Shown one piece after another: positions 10,135-20,325 of a stretch of DNA of 64,000 bases (position 1 is its first letter; each line of letters starts with the position of its first letter). Source of the DNA: an uncultured Acidobacteriota bacterium (GTDB lineage Bacteria; Acidobacteriota; UBA6911); NCBI GenBank assembly GCA_963827655.1, contig CAWHCF010000029.1:96001-160000 (forward strand). The letters run 5' to 3'. The notes beneath the pieces are model-generated. The model was given only the letters and a program-made list of their open reading frames with translations. It made no database searches and had not been told where the DNA came from. A program made the position numbers and the translations under genes.

Positions 10135-10785
10135 ATGTCCTTCATGCTCATTTCTCTGCCGGATTGGCTCGTAAGGGTCGCCTCGGCTATTCGTGATTTT
10201 GCGTTCAATCTTCAGGGCCCGGGTCTGTTTCTTGTTGCCCTGGCGGATTCCTCTTTCTTGACTATTCCCGAAGGGAATGACCTCTTGATCGTCGTTCTTT
10301 CCACGGGGAATTCGTGGGAGCGGATGGCTTATTATGTCGGCATGACCACGCTGGGTTCGCTCGCCGGTTGTCTTTTACTTTATCTGGTTGGTAGACGGGG
10401 AGGAAGCCCGCTCTTGAGACGACGATTCTCTCAAGCGTACATCGCGAAGGTGGACCGATTGTTCGACCGTTATGGCGTATGGGCGATAGCCGTTCCTTGT
10501 CTTCTGCCTCCCCCCATGCCCTTCAAGATCTTCGTCCTGAGCGCCGGCGTCTTCCGTCTGAGCGTGCCCAGGTTTCTGACGGCCGTCGCGATCGGGAGGA
10601 CGGTCCGCTATTCGATGTGGGGAATCCTGGCGGTCCTGTACGGGAATTCAGTCAAGGTTTTCATGCAGCAACACCTGACGACAATCGGAATGATACTCTT
10701 CGGGTTATTCCTTCTCTGTTGTGGCGCGGGCCTGGCGTTCGTGATCTACCGGGGCCGTAGGCGGAAGACCCGCGTGGAGGCGTAG
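10135..10785 (+). CDS. DedA/YqaA (VTT domain) membrane protein
   Basis: ADSSFLTIPEGND, LLPPPMPFKIFVLSAG, GRTVRY; several TM helices; start uncertain. Confidence 0.88.
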   Translation: MSFMLISLPDWLVRVASAIRDFAFNLQGPGLFLVALADSSFLTIPEGNDLLIVVLSTGNSWERMAYYVGMTTLGSLAGCLLLYLVGRRGGSPLLRRRFSQAYIAKVDRLFDRYGVWAIAVPCLLPPPMPFKIFVLSAGVFRLSVPRFLTAVAIGRTVRYSMWGILAVLYGNSVKVFMQQHLTTIGMILFGLFLLCCGAGLAFVIYRGRRRKTRVEA

Positions 10786-10898
10786 ATCGGCAAAATTTAC
10801 CGTCAAACGCCAGATTCCATTCCTACCCAAGGTTTGTATTCCTTGAGAGGATCGCGTCGAAATGCAGTCTAATTAGTACTTTCCGAAACAAATTTGAA

Positions 10899-10914
10899 TG
10901 GAACAAAATTTGCT
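10899..10914 (+). promoter_or_regulatory. Putative sigma54 (-24/-12) promoter
   Basis: TGGAACAAAATTTGCT = GG-N10-GC in an AT-rich intergenic region. Confidence 0.45.
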
Positions 10915-10994
10915 GGTATTTGTAGTAAGCAACGGCCCACCGCGCATGGACGCAAGCCGATGCGACGAGCGGTTGCGAACAACCGTAACTCGAT

Positions 10995-11024
10995 TTGACA
11001 CAGAGAGAAACGGTCTGTTAAATT
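10995..11024 (+). promoter_or_regulatory. Putative sigma70 promoter
   Basis: TTGACA followed 17-18 bp later by TG-T-TAAATT. Confidence 0.45.
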
Positions 11025-11052
11025 GCCGAATTCATTCTCGGGCCGGCAGGTC

Positions 11053-12000
11053 ATGAAATGCCCAAGCCTCAATGTTGGCCGTTGGATCAGCGGGGCAGCC
11101 CTTATTCTTCTGATCGTTAGCGTAGGCGCGGCTTGTTCCGTGAAGCGAACCGTAAAGGTTTCGGTACCTGCAAGGATTCTTCAGGCCAAGACGGCAACGT
11201 TTGATGAACTTCTGGCGCTGCTGAAGACTTACAGCGACAAACTTTCCGCGCTCTCGTCCACTACCCTGAGAGTCAGTTTCACTTCCGGAAAGGTAGAAAG
11301 CGGCAAGCTTCAGGAGTACCGGAGCGCCCCTGGTTATGTTCTTCTCAAACGTCCTGACTCGCTGCGGTTGAATATACAGAACCCATTGACGAAAACCAGC
11401 ATAATTGAGCTGGCGTCAACCGGAGACGAATTTGGGCTTTGGTATCCGAGAGATAACAAGTACTTCGTCGGGCGCAACAGCGCCGGCGAGTTCGTTGTCG
11501 AAGGTTCCGAGAACAGCCCGGTTTTTGCGGCTCGACCAGCTCACATCTATGAAGCGATTGTCCCGCAGAGGATCGCGCTGGATGATGCACGCGTCCGGAT
11601 TTCTTTGGAAGAAGACCAGGACGCGACCGCAAAATACTATGTCTTGTCGATCCTTCAGGATGTCGGTCAAAAGCGGCTGCGGCCGCTACGGCGTCTCTGG
11701 ATTGAAAGATCAGAGTTAGTCGTAGTCAAACAGCAGACTTTTGAAGAAGATGGGAACATTGCCAGTCTCATTCAGTATTCGAATTTCACACCGGTCGAGG
11801 GGCTTCTGTTGCCGCTTTCGATTCACATTGACAGGCCCTCGGACGGGTACGTTCTGGACATGCAGTTCAAGTCTTGGCGTGTGAATCCGGAAATACCGGC
11901 GGCGGCTTTCGTCCTCTCGCCCCCGGCAGGGGCGCAACGGGTTGTGCTCAAGGAAAAGCCGCAAGTTCCGGCCGCAAAGGCAAGAGCGAGAACCCAATGA
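11053..12000 (+). CDS. Lipoprotein with probable LolA/LolB-like fold (DUF4292-like)
   Basis: Signal peptide with lipobox VGAAC; beta-rich body; RRLWIER...LLPLSIHIDRP...VNPEIPAAAFVL ending typical of the LolA-like fold. Confidence 0.7.
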   Translation: MKCPSLNVGRWISGAALILLIVSVGAACSVKRTVKVSVPARILQAKTATFDELLALLKTYSDKLSALSSTTLRVSFTSGKVESGKLQEYRSAPGYVLLKRPDSLRLNIQNPLTKTSIIELASTGDEFGLWYPRDNKYFVGRNSAGEFVVEGSENSPVFAARPAHIYEAIVPQRIALDDARVRISLEEDQDATAKYYVLSILQDVGQKRLRPLRRLWIERSELVVVKQQTFEEDGNIASLIQYSNFTPVEGLLLPLSIHIDRPSDGYVLDMQFKSWRVNPEIPAAAFVLSPPAGAQRVVLKEKPQVPAAKARARTQ

Positions 12001-12072
12001 TGTCTTCGCGCCGCTTTGCCAATTGCCTCAGGCGGCAGCGAACACAGCAGCCTTAGTAGTCAGGATTCATCC

Positions 12073-13167
12073 ATGGAAAGTCTTGTTACAGCGAACATCC
12101 GGTCCCGTCCCACCCGAACTTTCATAAGTGTTCTGGCGGTGGCTCTGGGTGTCATCCTGGTCCTCATAATCGGTGGAATCACCGCCGGCACGCTGGATGA
12201 TTACCTCAAGCGAACCCAGGGGGTCGGGGCAGATTTCATCTTGCAGCCCACCGGTTCGTCGATCTTCTATGCTTTCAGTGGCGCGACACTCTCAGCCGGG
12301 CTGGCCGAGAAGTTGATGGAGGTGCCGGGCGTTTACGCGGTCACGCCGGTCCTGGCTAAATTCAGTCAGACGGATTTTGGACTCGTTTTCGGTATCGACC
12401 TGGCCAGCTACAACAGGTTTCCTGGCAGACTGAAGATCATTGAGGGAAGGGAATCCCTTCAAGACTCTGAGGTCATCATCGACGAGCTCTATGCAAAGTC
12501 TCACAAGCTCAAGACTGGGATGACGCTCACGATCTTGAATCACCCCTTCACCGTGACCGCGATTTGTCGCCCGGGAGCGGTGGTCAGGGTCTTCGTCCCG
12601 ATAGAGACGCTGCAGGAGATGAACGGAACTCCTGATAAAGCGACACTGATGTTTATCAAGGCCGCCGGGGATGAGAATCCAAAAGTTGTGTTCGAACGGC
12701 TCAAGCAGACATTTCCCTCGCTTTCGATCACGCAGACCTCCGACACTTCGCTTCTGCTCGCGGACACGGCGCTTCCGGGGTTTAAAGAATTCAAGCTTAT
12801 CGTTGTGAGCGTGTCCATGCTGCTCAGTTTCATGGTCATCCTCCTGGCCATGTATACGACGATCTTTGAAAGGACACGGGAGATCGGAATCTTGAGATCC
12901 CTGGGGGCGTCGCGCGCTCTTATCGTTTCTCTGATCCTGAAAGAGTCTGCTATGATATGTTGTTTTGGCGTCATCTTCGGAATTGGGGTTAGCGCTCTCG
13001 TTCGTGACGCTATCATGTCGGCGTTCCCGACCCTACAGGTTGCAATGGGCTGGAAGGATGTGATGAATGCCGCTTTCCTGGGACTCGCTGCCGGGACGCT
13101 TGGTGCTCTTTATCCGGCCTACAGGGCCGCGCGTCAGGACCCAGTAAAGGCGCTGAGTTATGAGTAA
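12073..13167 (+). CDS. ABC transporter permease, FtsX/MacB/LolE-like
   Basis: [15 protein letters not shown]; [18 protein letters not shown]. Confidence 0.93.
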   Translation: MESLVTANIRSRPTRTFISVLAVALGVILVLIIGGITAGTLDDYLKRTQGVGADFILQPTGSSIFYAFSGATLSAGLAEKLMEVPGVYAVTPVLAKFSQTDFGLVFGIDLASYNRFPGRLKIIEGRESLQDSEVIIDELYAKSHKLKTGMTLTILNHPFTVTAICRPGAVVRVFVPIETLQEMNGTPDKATLMFIKAAGDENPKVVFERLKQTFPSLSITQTSDTSLLLADTALPGFKEFKLIVVSVSMLLSFMVILLAMYTTIFERTREIGILRSLGASRALIVSLILKESAMICCFGVIFGIGVSALVRDAIMSAFPTLQVAMGWKDVMNAAFLGLAAGTLGALYPAYRAARQDPVKALSYE

Positions 13168-13900
13168 AGATCTGGATTCTAAAACCCGGCCGATTATCGA
13201 GATCATCGACCTGACCGTAGTCTACAAGATCGGCAAGATGGAGGTCCCCGCTTTACGAGGCGTGAATCTGGCCGTCAATAAGGGGGAGTTCATCGCTATC
13301 ATGGGGCCGTCCGGCTGCGGCAAATCCACGCTGCTTCATGCCCTGGGCGGTCTCCTTCAGCCGACTCGAGGGAAGATTCTGCTCGATGGCGCCGACATCG
13401 CACGTCTCTCGGATGGCGAGCGCACCTCCATGCGCCGCAGAAACATCGGCTACGTTTTTCAACGCTTCAACCTGCTTCCTACTCTTACGGCGAAAGGTAA
13501 TATCGAACTGGCCAAACGAATTCACGGAAACGGCTACATGAATCCAAACGGAGCCGCCGAGATTCTGGACATGCTGGGTCTAAAAGACAAACTCAACTTT
13601 CGACCCACTGAACTGTCGGGGGGCGAACAGCAGCGCGTCGCGCTTGCGCGCGCAGTGATCAATCACCCGGCGATCATTCTGGCGGACGAGCCCACGGGCA
13701 GCCTCGATTCGCAGAATTCGCGCCTGGTTCTGACCATGCTTCAGGAGCTCAATGAACGCTTGAGCCAGACGATCATCATGATTACGCATGACCATGAAGC
13801 GGCGTCGACGGCCAAACGCATCGTAGAGATGCGCGACGGCCAGATTCTCGGTCCGGTCCATCACTTTTCGTACGAACCTGAGTTTGAAGGGCTTTTCTAG
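13160..13900 (+). CDS. ABC transporter ATP-binding protein, LolD/MacB-like
   Basis: [26 protein letters not shown]. Confidence 0.96.
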   Translation: MSKDLDSKTRPIIEIIDLTVVYKIGKMEVPALRGVNLAVNKGEFIAIMGPSGCGKSTLLHALGGLLQPTRGKILLDGADIARLSDGERTSMRRRNIGYVFQRFNLLPTLTAKGNIELAKRIHGNGYMNPNGAAEILDMLGLKDKLNFRPTELSGGEQQRVALARAVINHPAIILADEPTGSLDSQNSRLVLTMLQELNERLSQTIIMITHDHEAASTAKRIVEMRDGQILGPVHHFSYEPEFEGLF

Positions 13901-13914
13901 CCGGCGATCCTCTG

Positions 13915-14136
13915 ATGAGAAAAACTGGAGATCGGGTCAACAAGATCCTAGTCTGGTCTTATGAACGAGGGACGCTGCAATACGACATTCTTTGTGCGTT
14001 GATTCTTCTCTTCATATTCGCGGTTCCGCGCAGCTGCTTTCGCTCGAAGCATTCTCTTCAGCAACAATCCCAGGCGCCGACGGAACGAGCTACCGCTGTG
14101 TCTCCTCAGCCCGAAGCTCCCAATCTGCGAAAGTAG
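13915..14136 (+). CDS. Small single-TM hypothetical protein
   Basis: WSYERGTLQYDILCALILLFIFAVP; fills the gap in the operon. Confidence 0.65.
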   Translation: MRKTGDRVNKILVWSYERGTLQYDILCALILLFIFAVPRSCFRSKHSLQQQSQAPTERATAVSPQPEAPNLRK

Positions 14137-14171
14137 TGAAACCAGCAGCCCGGGACTTCATCTTTGCCCTT

Positions 14172-14918
14172 ATGTTAGCTGGAAAAAAACTACACGTGAT
14201 TCTGTATCTGGGCTTCCTTCTTGGTGGTTTGCCTTCACAGGGAGCGCAGGCTCCGCGTCCCGGTACGACGAAGGATGCCTCTACCCCGCAAAAGAAAGAT
14301 GAAGGCCTCGAACCGGTCCTCAAGCAGCTCGAAGCCACGGGGAAGACGTTTCAGAGTTTTTCGGCCAACTTCGTCCAGAAGAAATATACCGCCGTCCTGA
14401 AGGAATTTGACACTCCGGAATCGGGCATTTTCCTTTACGCTCGAGCCAAGGATGGTTCCGCGCTCTTGAGGCAGGAAGTTACTTCTCCAGCCGCAAGGAT
14501 TCTGACTATCAAGGGGGGAGTGGCGACCATATATCAGCCAAAGCTCAAGCAGGCGCAGGTGATTAATCTGGGCAAGAACAAAGACAAGGTGGAATACCTG
14601 GCTCTAGGGCTGGGCCAGTCTCCCGCGAAATTGCAGGAGACGTTTGATTTGAAATATGTGGGCATCGAGAACGTCAATGGAATTCCGTGCTCGGTTTTGA
14701 ACTTGAAACCCAAGAGCGCATCCGCAGGAGCATTCTTTTCCTCTATTTCGCTATGGATCAAGAAATCCAATGGCGTGCCGATTCAGCAGCAGCTCCAGGA
14801 GCCGAATGGCGACTACTTGTTGGTGGTTTTCTCGGACGAGAAGCTCAATCCCAAGATTCCTGAGAACAGATTCGAGCAGAAGCTGCCGGCCGATACGGAA
14901 AAACAGGTAGTGCGATAA
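14172..14918 (+). CDS. Outer-membrane lipoprotein carrier LolA-like protein
   Basis: Signal peptide; SFSANFVQKK...LWIKKSNGVPIQ...LNPKIPENRFE. Confidence 0.8.
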   Translation: MLAGKKLHVILYLGFLLGGLPSQGAQAPRPGTTKDASTPQKKDEGLEPVLKQLEATGKTFQSFSANFVQKKYTAVLKEFDTPESGIFLYARAKDGSALLRQEVTSPAARILTIKGGVATIYQPKLKQAQVINLGKNKDKVEYLALGLGQSPAKLQETFDLKYVGIENVNGIPCSVLNLKPKSASAGAFFSSISLWIKKSNGVPIQQQLQEPNGDYLLVVFSDEKLNPKIPENRFEQKLPADTEKQVVR

Positions 14919-14963
14919 CCCACCTTTTTCGGCCGCGAAGACGCGGACTCGCAAAACAGAGGG

Positions 14964-15653
14964 CTAACGCGACAACGGAGCTCGGGAGGAAGCGTCGAGC
15001 GCGGTGCCTAGCGTTTTCTGACGCCGGTAAGGCGGGGTGGCCTCCGGTTCTATTTCGGGATCCTGCATGCGTGAGCGGGCCGGGAGTTCCTTCCAGGTGT
15101 AGTAAATCCTGTTAATTACGGTCCAGTTGCCGAGGACGGCCAAAACCCAGAGCACCGCTTCCATGCGGTTGGTCAGGCCGCCGATGACGAGCAGTACGAT
15201 CCGCTCGGGACGCTCCATGAATCCTACTTTGCAGGTCGGGATCAGCGACTCGGCGCGCGCGCGGGCGTAGCTGGTCATTACGGCTCCCATGAACACCACT
15301 CCGACCAGCACAACGTATTCGAGCCGGTCTTGACGGGCATACCAGACCATCAGTCCCTGCAAGACGATGATGTCCGAGTAGCGATCGATGACCGAGTCGT
15401 AAAAGGCGCCAAAACGGGTTTCGGACCTGCTTACGCGCGCGACCTCGCCATCGAGCATGTCGAAGAGACCCGCCAGAACCAGAATAAGCGCGCCCTGAAA
15501 AAGTCTCCCATGGCCGAAGTTCCAGGCGGCCCACAGGCTGATTATGACGCCGGTGAAGGTCAGGATGTTGGGGTTGATATGGAAGAACGTAAGAACCCTA
15601 ACGAGTTGATTAAGAATCAGTTTGCCGCCCCGGCCGATGGAATTACTAATCAT
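14964..15653 (-). CDS. CDP-alcohol phosphatidyltransferase (PgsA/PI-synthase-like)
   Basis: PNILT, DMLDGEVAR...GAFYDSVIDRYSD signature. Confidence 0.94.
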   Translation of the reverse strand: MISNSIGRGGKLILNQLVRVLTFFHINPNILTFTGVIISLWAAWNFGHGRLFQGALILVLAGLFDMLDGEVARVSRSETRFGAFYDSVIDRYSDIIVLQGLMVWYARQDRLEYVVLVGVVFMGAVMTSYARARAESLIPTCKVGFMERPERIVLLVIGGLTNRMEAVLWVLAVLGNWTVINRIYYTWKELPARSRMQDPEIEPEATPPYRRQKTLGTALDASSRAPLSR

Positions 15654-15659
15654 TTTCGT

Positions 15660-15688
15660 AGGCTAGACACATTGGGAATTCTTGTCAA
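15660..15688 (-). promoter_or_regulatory. Sigma70 promoter giving a probably leaderless mRNA
   Basis: TTGACA-17bp-TAGCCT, ATG 6 nt after the -10 box. Confidence 0.55.
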
Positions 15689-15725
15689 GCGTCAAAAACC
15701 AGAGTTTCCTCCCCGGTTCGAGAGT

Positions 15726-16949
15726 TCAGAATATCCGGAAACGAATCGTCAGGTATTTCTTCGGGTCCTGTCTCAAATCATAGATTAGTTTGGTGATCTC
15801 CGCCGTGGTCTGATTCAGATTGTTGTAGAGGGCGGGATCGTTAATCAGCTTTCCCATGGTGCCGTCGGCCCGGTCGATCCGATCGACAAAAGAGGCAAGC
15901 TTCTCCATGGTCTGCCGGCTGGCGTCGTAGAGGGCAGGGTCTTTGGAGAGTTTGCCCAGCGTCCCCTCGCCTCTTTCAACCCGTTCCACAACAAGATCAG
16001 TCCGCCTGGTCGCCGAGGCAGCACTATCGTAAAGGTCCGGATTCTTTATCAACCGCGATAGTGTTCCAGAGCCATCCTGGATCTGACCTGCCAGTGAATT
16101 GAACTTTTCGAGTGATTCCGTCAAGCGGTTATAGAGCGCGGGGTCTGCGACCATGCGGCCGAACGAGCCCTGCCCGGTCCGGAGATCTTCTACCAGCCGG
16201 GTGGCCTGGGTGAAGGTAGCGTTGGCCTGGCGCATAGTTTTCTGCACATCCTGGATGGTCGCGGCCAGCCCCGTGCCAACTTTGTCCGGATCGATCTTAA
16301 GCGCGATGTTCTTGAATTGATCGGACAGCACGCCAAAGTTGGCGATCACATCGTTCGCGCCGGTAATGATTTCGCGAAAACCGGTGGCGCGCGATCCTTC
16401 GAGAACGTAGAACCCGCCGCGCATGGGTGGAGGAGTTCCGTACGCCCCGGCCGAGATTTCGATGTAAGAGTCCCCGATGAGCCCCCTCGATTCAATCGTG
16501 ACTTCCGAGTCCTGGCCCAGCCGGTTCAAGTATGGTTTCTGGATCTCCATCGTGACCTCGACCAGGCGGAGCCCGGTCTTCAAGCTACGGATCTGTTCAT
16601 CGAGGTCGGCAACCAGCTGCTTGTAGTTCGGCTGCCCGGGATTCATGCTGTCAATCTGTTTTTTGATGTTGGAGATTTGGCGAAAGATCGGCTCGTTCCC
16701 CGAGTACATTTCCGGCTGTACGATATTGACGCTTCGTACCTTGCCTATCTCGATTCCCGCGAGCCATACAGGATTGCCCGGCTTCAGACCACCCACGTCC
16801 CCGAGATAGGTGATTGCGTTCACGGTTTCACGGAACCAGTGAACTCCCCAACTTTGCTGCAGAATCAGCGCGCCTAAGAGGACGACCGCGATAATGACGA
16901 GGATGCCGACTTTCAGTTCGGCGATCGTTACTTGTTTCTTCAGTGCCAT
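15726..16949 (-). CDS. mlaD: MCE/MlaD family protein with long helical domain
   Basis: GGLKPGNPVWLAGIEIGKV, GLIGDSYIEI, repeated GTLGKLxxDPxLY, DPKKYL end. Confidence 0.92.
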   Translation of the reverse strand: MALKKQVTIAELKVGILVIIAVVLLGALILQQSWGVHWFRETVNAITYLGDVGGLKPGNPVWLAGIEIGKVRSVNIVQPEMYSGNEPIFRQISNIKKQIDSMNPGQPNYKQLVADLDEQIRSLKTGLRLVEVTMEIQKPYLNRLGQDSEVTIESRGLIGDSYIEISAGAYGTPPPMRGGFYVLEGSRATGFREIITGANDVIANFGVLSDQFKNIALKIDPDKVGTGLAATIQDVQKTMRQANATFTQATRLVEDLRTGQGSFGRMVADPALYNRLTESLEKFNSLAGQIQDGSGTLSRLIKNPDLYDSAASATRRTDLVVERVERGEGTLGKLSKDPALYDASRQTMEKLASFVDRIDRADGTMGKLINDPALYNNLNQTTAEITKLIYDLRQDPKKYLTIRFRIF

Positions 16950-16980
16950 GGTTTCTCCTTCAGCGCACGGAGTCCTCTAA

Positions 16981-17213
16981 GGGTTCGCGCAGAAATAAGT
17001 TCGCATTCTGCTGCAGGCCCCCAGGCCCGCTGGCGAGGCGCGAGCGACGATGCGTACCCGGTGCGGTACGTGAGGAGCGAGCAACAAAGCCAGCGGGCCT
17101 GCGGGCCGCAGCCCGAAGGGGCGCGATCCTCAGCGTGCTTAGCGAACAGAAAGCGGTTCATGATTGACCTCCGACTCTCGCGCCAGAATGTGAAGTTATT
17201 TCTGCGCGAGCCC
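16981..17213 (+). mobile_element. MITE copy 1 (233 bp)
   Basis: TIRs GGGTTCGCGCAGAAATAAGTTCGCATTCTG / CAGAATGTGAAGTTATTTCTGCGCGAGCCC; TAA duplication at 16978-80 and 17214-16; near-identical copy at 39748. Confidence 0.9.
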
Positions 17214-17221
17214 TAAGGAGG

Positions 17222-18013
17222 CTACGTGACAAATTCCTGGATATAACGATCCGGGCACGCCTTTAACTCCTCGAAGCTACCCTCGAAGTGTATCTCGCCG
17301 TCGTAAAGCATGACACATTTGACATTCAGGAGGCAGAGCTTTTCGCCGCCTCGTTGAATCTCGACCGCCCCGTCCGGCTGCATCGCGACATATTCGGATG
17401 CAATGATTCCCACGGCGCGCAGATCGTGCGTAACGCAGACCGAAGTAACTCCTTCAAGGTCTCGCAGCTTGATGATCAATTCGATGATCGTTCGACTGAT
17501 AACAGGATCCAACCCGGCGGTCGGTTCGTCATAAAGGACGATCTTCGGCGTTCCGACCAGCGCTCGAGCTATGCCGACGCGCCGCTTCATCCCCCCGGAA
17601 AGCTCCGCAGGCATCTTGTCGATTGCGTCTTCCAATCCAACAAACCCGAGCAGCCTGCGGATTGCGAACTCAATTTCTTCCTCGTTCATTGTCGATTCTT
17701 CATAGAGCCGATACCCGACATTTTCACGAACCGACAGTGAATCAAAAAGCGCGCCTTCCTGAAAAACCATTCCGATCTTGTGACGCACCTGCACGAGCTC
17801 GCGTTCCCGCATTCTGGTGATGTCCTGCCCGTCAACCAGAATCTCTCCCGAATCCGGACGTATCAAACCGAGGATGAGTCTTAGAATTGTCGATTTTCCC
17901 GAGCCGCTGGCGCCAAGAATGATCTTGGTTTCCCCGCGGGTGATGGTGAAGCTGATGTTTTTGAGGACAACGTCATCGTTGAAGGACTTTGTGACATTCT
18001 TGAACTCGATCAT
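17222..18013 (-). CDS. mlaF: MlaF-type ABC ATP-binding protein
   Basis: Real start MIEFKNVTKSF at 18013 (ATGA overlap with mlaE); GASGSGKST, LSGGMKRRV, YDEPTAGLDP. Confidence 0.93.
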   Translation of the reverse strand: MIEFKNVTKSFNDDVVLKNISFTITRGETKIILGASGSGKSTILRLILGLIRPDSGEILVDGQDITRMRERELVQVRHKIGMVFQEGALFDSLSVRENVGYRLYEESTMNEEEIEFAIRRLLGFVGLEDAIDKMPAELSGGMKRRVGIARALVGTPKIVLYDEPTAGLDPVISRTIIELIIKLRDLEGVTSVCVTHDLRAVGIIASEYVAMQPDGAVEIQRGGEKLCLLNVKCVMLYDGEIHFEGSFEELKACPDRYIQEFVT

Positions 18014-18816
18014 ATGTTGAGAAACGGCGAGAGGTAGATGATCAGGTTGTTGAGGAAAAAGTCCGCCGCAATCACAAGAATGGAGCTGGTCACAACGGCC
18101 TGCGTCGTAGAACGTCCCACTCCTGCCGTTCCTCCGTAAGTCCTCAAACCGACGTAGCACCCGGTCATTGAGATGATGAAACCGAACACGATCGGCTTGA
18201 TCAGGGTTCCAAAGACATCGGCAAACTCCAGAGCGCTGATGGCGTCCGACCAGTACTGGCTCGAACTGATCAGGATCTTGTAGCGCGCAATAACCCAACC
18301 TCCACACATTCCCACGGCATTGCAAATGATGGTCAAGAGGGGAAGCGTGACCACGGTAGCTATCATTCTCGGTGTAACCAGTTTCCGAGTAGGATCCGTA
18401 CCGAGGGCGCGCATCGCGTTGATCTGTTCTGAAACCACCATGGAGCCCAGCTCGGAGGCTATGCCGGACCCGATACGCCCGGCAACCATGAGGGCGGACA
18501 GAACGGGGCCGAGCTCGCGGATGAGCGTGATGGCCACGAGCTGTCCGGTGATGCTGACCGCGCCGTAGCGGCGCAGGGCGCTTTCGGACTGGATTGCCAG
18601 AACAGCTCCGGTGAAAAACCCGGTAAGCACGATAATGGTCGAGGATCCCACTCCGACCCGGTCCATCTGAAGAAAGATTTCCTTTACGTATATCGGTCTG
18701 GTGAAAAGATTGGCGATAGCTCGGGTACTGAGAAAAGTGTAGGATTGGATTTCAACTATGGCTTGAATGAGGAATCGGAAAGGGGCCTGCACCGCTGCCG
18801 ACAAGGAGTTGCTCAT
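18010..18816 (-). CDS. mlaE: MlaE-type ABC permease
   Basis: RELGPVLSALMVAGRIGS...ASELGSM...EQINAMRALG. Confidence 0.95.
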   Translation of the reverse strand: MSNSLSAAVQAPFRFLIQAIVEIQSYTFLSTRAIANLFTRPIYVKEIFLQMDRVGVGSSTIIVLTGFFTGAVLAIQSESALRRYGAVSITGQLVAITLIRELGPVLSALMVAGRIGSGIASELGSMVVSEQINAMRALGTDPTRKLVTPRMIATVVTLPLLTIICNAVGMCGGWVIARYKILISSSQYWSDAISALEFADVFGTLIKPIVFGFIISMTGCYVGLRTYGGTAGVGRSTTQAVVTSSILVIAADFFLNNLIIYLSPFLNI

Positions 18817-18998
18817 GAGGAGTTGACCCTGCGGAAGTTTATGGGGCTGCCCTTCGCGAAGTCAAGGGCAACGGGGCTCACTCCAGCTCTAAGTTTTTGA
18901 AATTCAACCGAGATCGTCTCTTTTTCCAGGTTCTGTGGATAAATCTTCGGGTTCCTTTGCGTCTTTGCGGTGGCTTTGTATAGGAGTCTGCCAAAGCT

Positions 18999-20171
18999 AT
19001 GCTTCGTTTTGTGACCTCCGGCGAGTCTCATGGCAAGTGTTTGATCGGCGTGCTCGAGGGTCTTCCGTCGGGTCTTTCGGTTGATCTTGAGTTTATCAAT
19101 TTCCAGCTCTACCGGCGCCAGTTGGGTTACGGGCGGGGCGGGCGCATGCGCATCGAAAAAGATCACATTGAGATTCAGGCGGGAGTCCGGCACGGTAAAA
19201 CGATCGGCAGTCCGATAGCCTTCAAGATCGAAAACCGAGATTGGCAGCACTGGCAGATTCCGATGTCTCCAGAGCCGGTTCCCGAAGGGTCTAACATACG
19301 CTCGCTCACCCGGCCGCGTCCGGGTCATGTCGATCTCGCAGGGGCTTTGAAATATCAAACCCGGGATGTGCGTGATGTTCTCGAGCGGGCTAGCGCGCGC
19401 GAGACTGCCACGCGCGTGGCGATCGGCGCTTTCTGCCGGCTCTTCCTTCGTCATTTCAAGATTGAGTTGGGGAGTCAAGTGCTCTCGGTCGGACGCGAAA
19501 GGGTCGCGCCGGAGTTTGAAGAGTTAGAGAGCGAGCAGATCTTCAAGATCGACCCCGAATCTCCGATGCATTGCGCGGACATCCAGGCAGAGAAACGCAT
19601 GATGGCTGCCATCGATCGGGCCAAGGAGGCCGGGGACACGCTGGGTGGGATCGTCGAAGTTGTCGCGAGCCGCGTGCCGGTCGGTCTGGGTTCTCACATT
19701 CAATGGGACCGCAAACTTGATGGACAGCTGGCCCAGGCTCTTATGAGCATTCCGGCCGCGAAAGCGGTTGAGATCGGAACCGGTGTTAAAGGGGCAGAGA
19801 ACTTCGGTTCCGAGGTCCACGACGAAATCTTTTACGACGCGCAGAAGAGAAGGTTTAATCGCCGCACCAATCGCGCCGGGGGGCTTGAAGCCGGAATCAC
19901 CGATGGAGCCGATCTTCGAGCGCGGGTTTACATGAAGCCGATTCCCACGCTGCGGAAGCCGCTGAGGTCCGTCGACCTTCGGACCAAGGAGCCTTTCGAA
20001 GCCGCCTTTGAGCGAAGCGACACCTGTGTTGTCCCGGCCGCCGCCGTGATCGCCGAGGCGATGATGTCGATCGTGGTGGCGCGCGCGTTTTTGGAGAAAT
20101 TCGGCGGCGACTCCCTGGGCGAGACCGAAGCCAACTTCGCTAATTATGAGAAGCTGCTCGATGAATACTAG
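18999..20171 (+). CDS. aroC: Chorismate synthase
   Basis: MLRFVTSGESHG, RPGHVD, ERASARETA, MKPIPT, RSD. Confidence 0.98.
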   Translation: MLRFVTSGESHGKCLIGVLEGLPSGLSVDLEFINFQLYRRQLGYGRGGRMRIEKDHIEIQAGVRHGKTIGSPIAFKIENRDWQHWQIPMSPEPVPEGSNIRSLTRPRPGHVDLAGALKYQTRDVRDVLERASARETATRVAIGAFCRLFLRHFKIELGSQVLSVGRERVAPEFEELESEQIFKIDPESPMHCADIQAEKRMMAAIDRAKEAGDTLGGIVEVVASRVPVGLGSHIQWDRKLDGQLAQALMSIPAAKAVEIGTGVKGAENFGSEVHDEIFYDAQKRRFNRRTNRAGGLEAGITDGADLRARVYMKPIPTLRKPLRSVDLRTKEPFEAAFERSDTCVVPAAAVIAEAMMSIVVARAFLEKFGGDSLGETEANFANYEKLLDEY

Positions 20172-20287
20172 AGCTTGTTCCCGCAGGCTCGAAGAAAGCA
20201 AGAGCCTCCGCCAGGACGCGAATCCGGACAGTTCTGCCTCTTGCGCCGCCTGCGATTCCGGCGGTCAAGGTCGCGTCCAAGATCAAC

Positions 20288-20316
20288 TGGACAAGCCGAT
20301 CTGTCCCCACTAGAAT
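20288..20316 (+). promoter_or_regulatory. Sigma70 promoter for def-fmt-rsmB
   Basis: TGGACA-17bp-TAGAAT, 9 nt before the ATG, no SD. Confidence 0.55.
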
Positions 20317-20325
20317 TTTGCACTT

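Noticed and set aside
10925-10990. GGACGCAAGCC resembling a c-di-GMP-I riboswitch core
   Set aside because: No GNRA tetraloop/receptor pair or proper P1-P3 layout
16932-17216. Short ORFs (73-110 aa) recurring here and at 39665-40092 and 48044-48232
   Set aside because: They are translations of the MITE, not genes; no transposase motifs
18014-18325. N-terminal 104-aa extension of the MlaF ORF
   Set aside because: Overlaps mlaE in another frame; the true start is the coupled ATG at 18013
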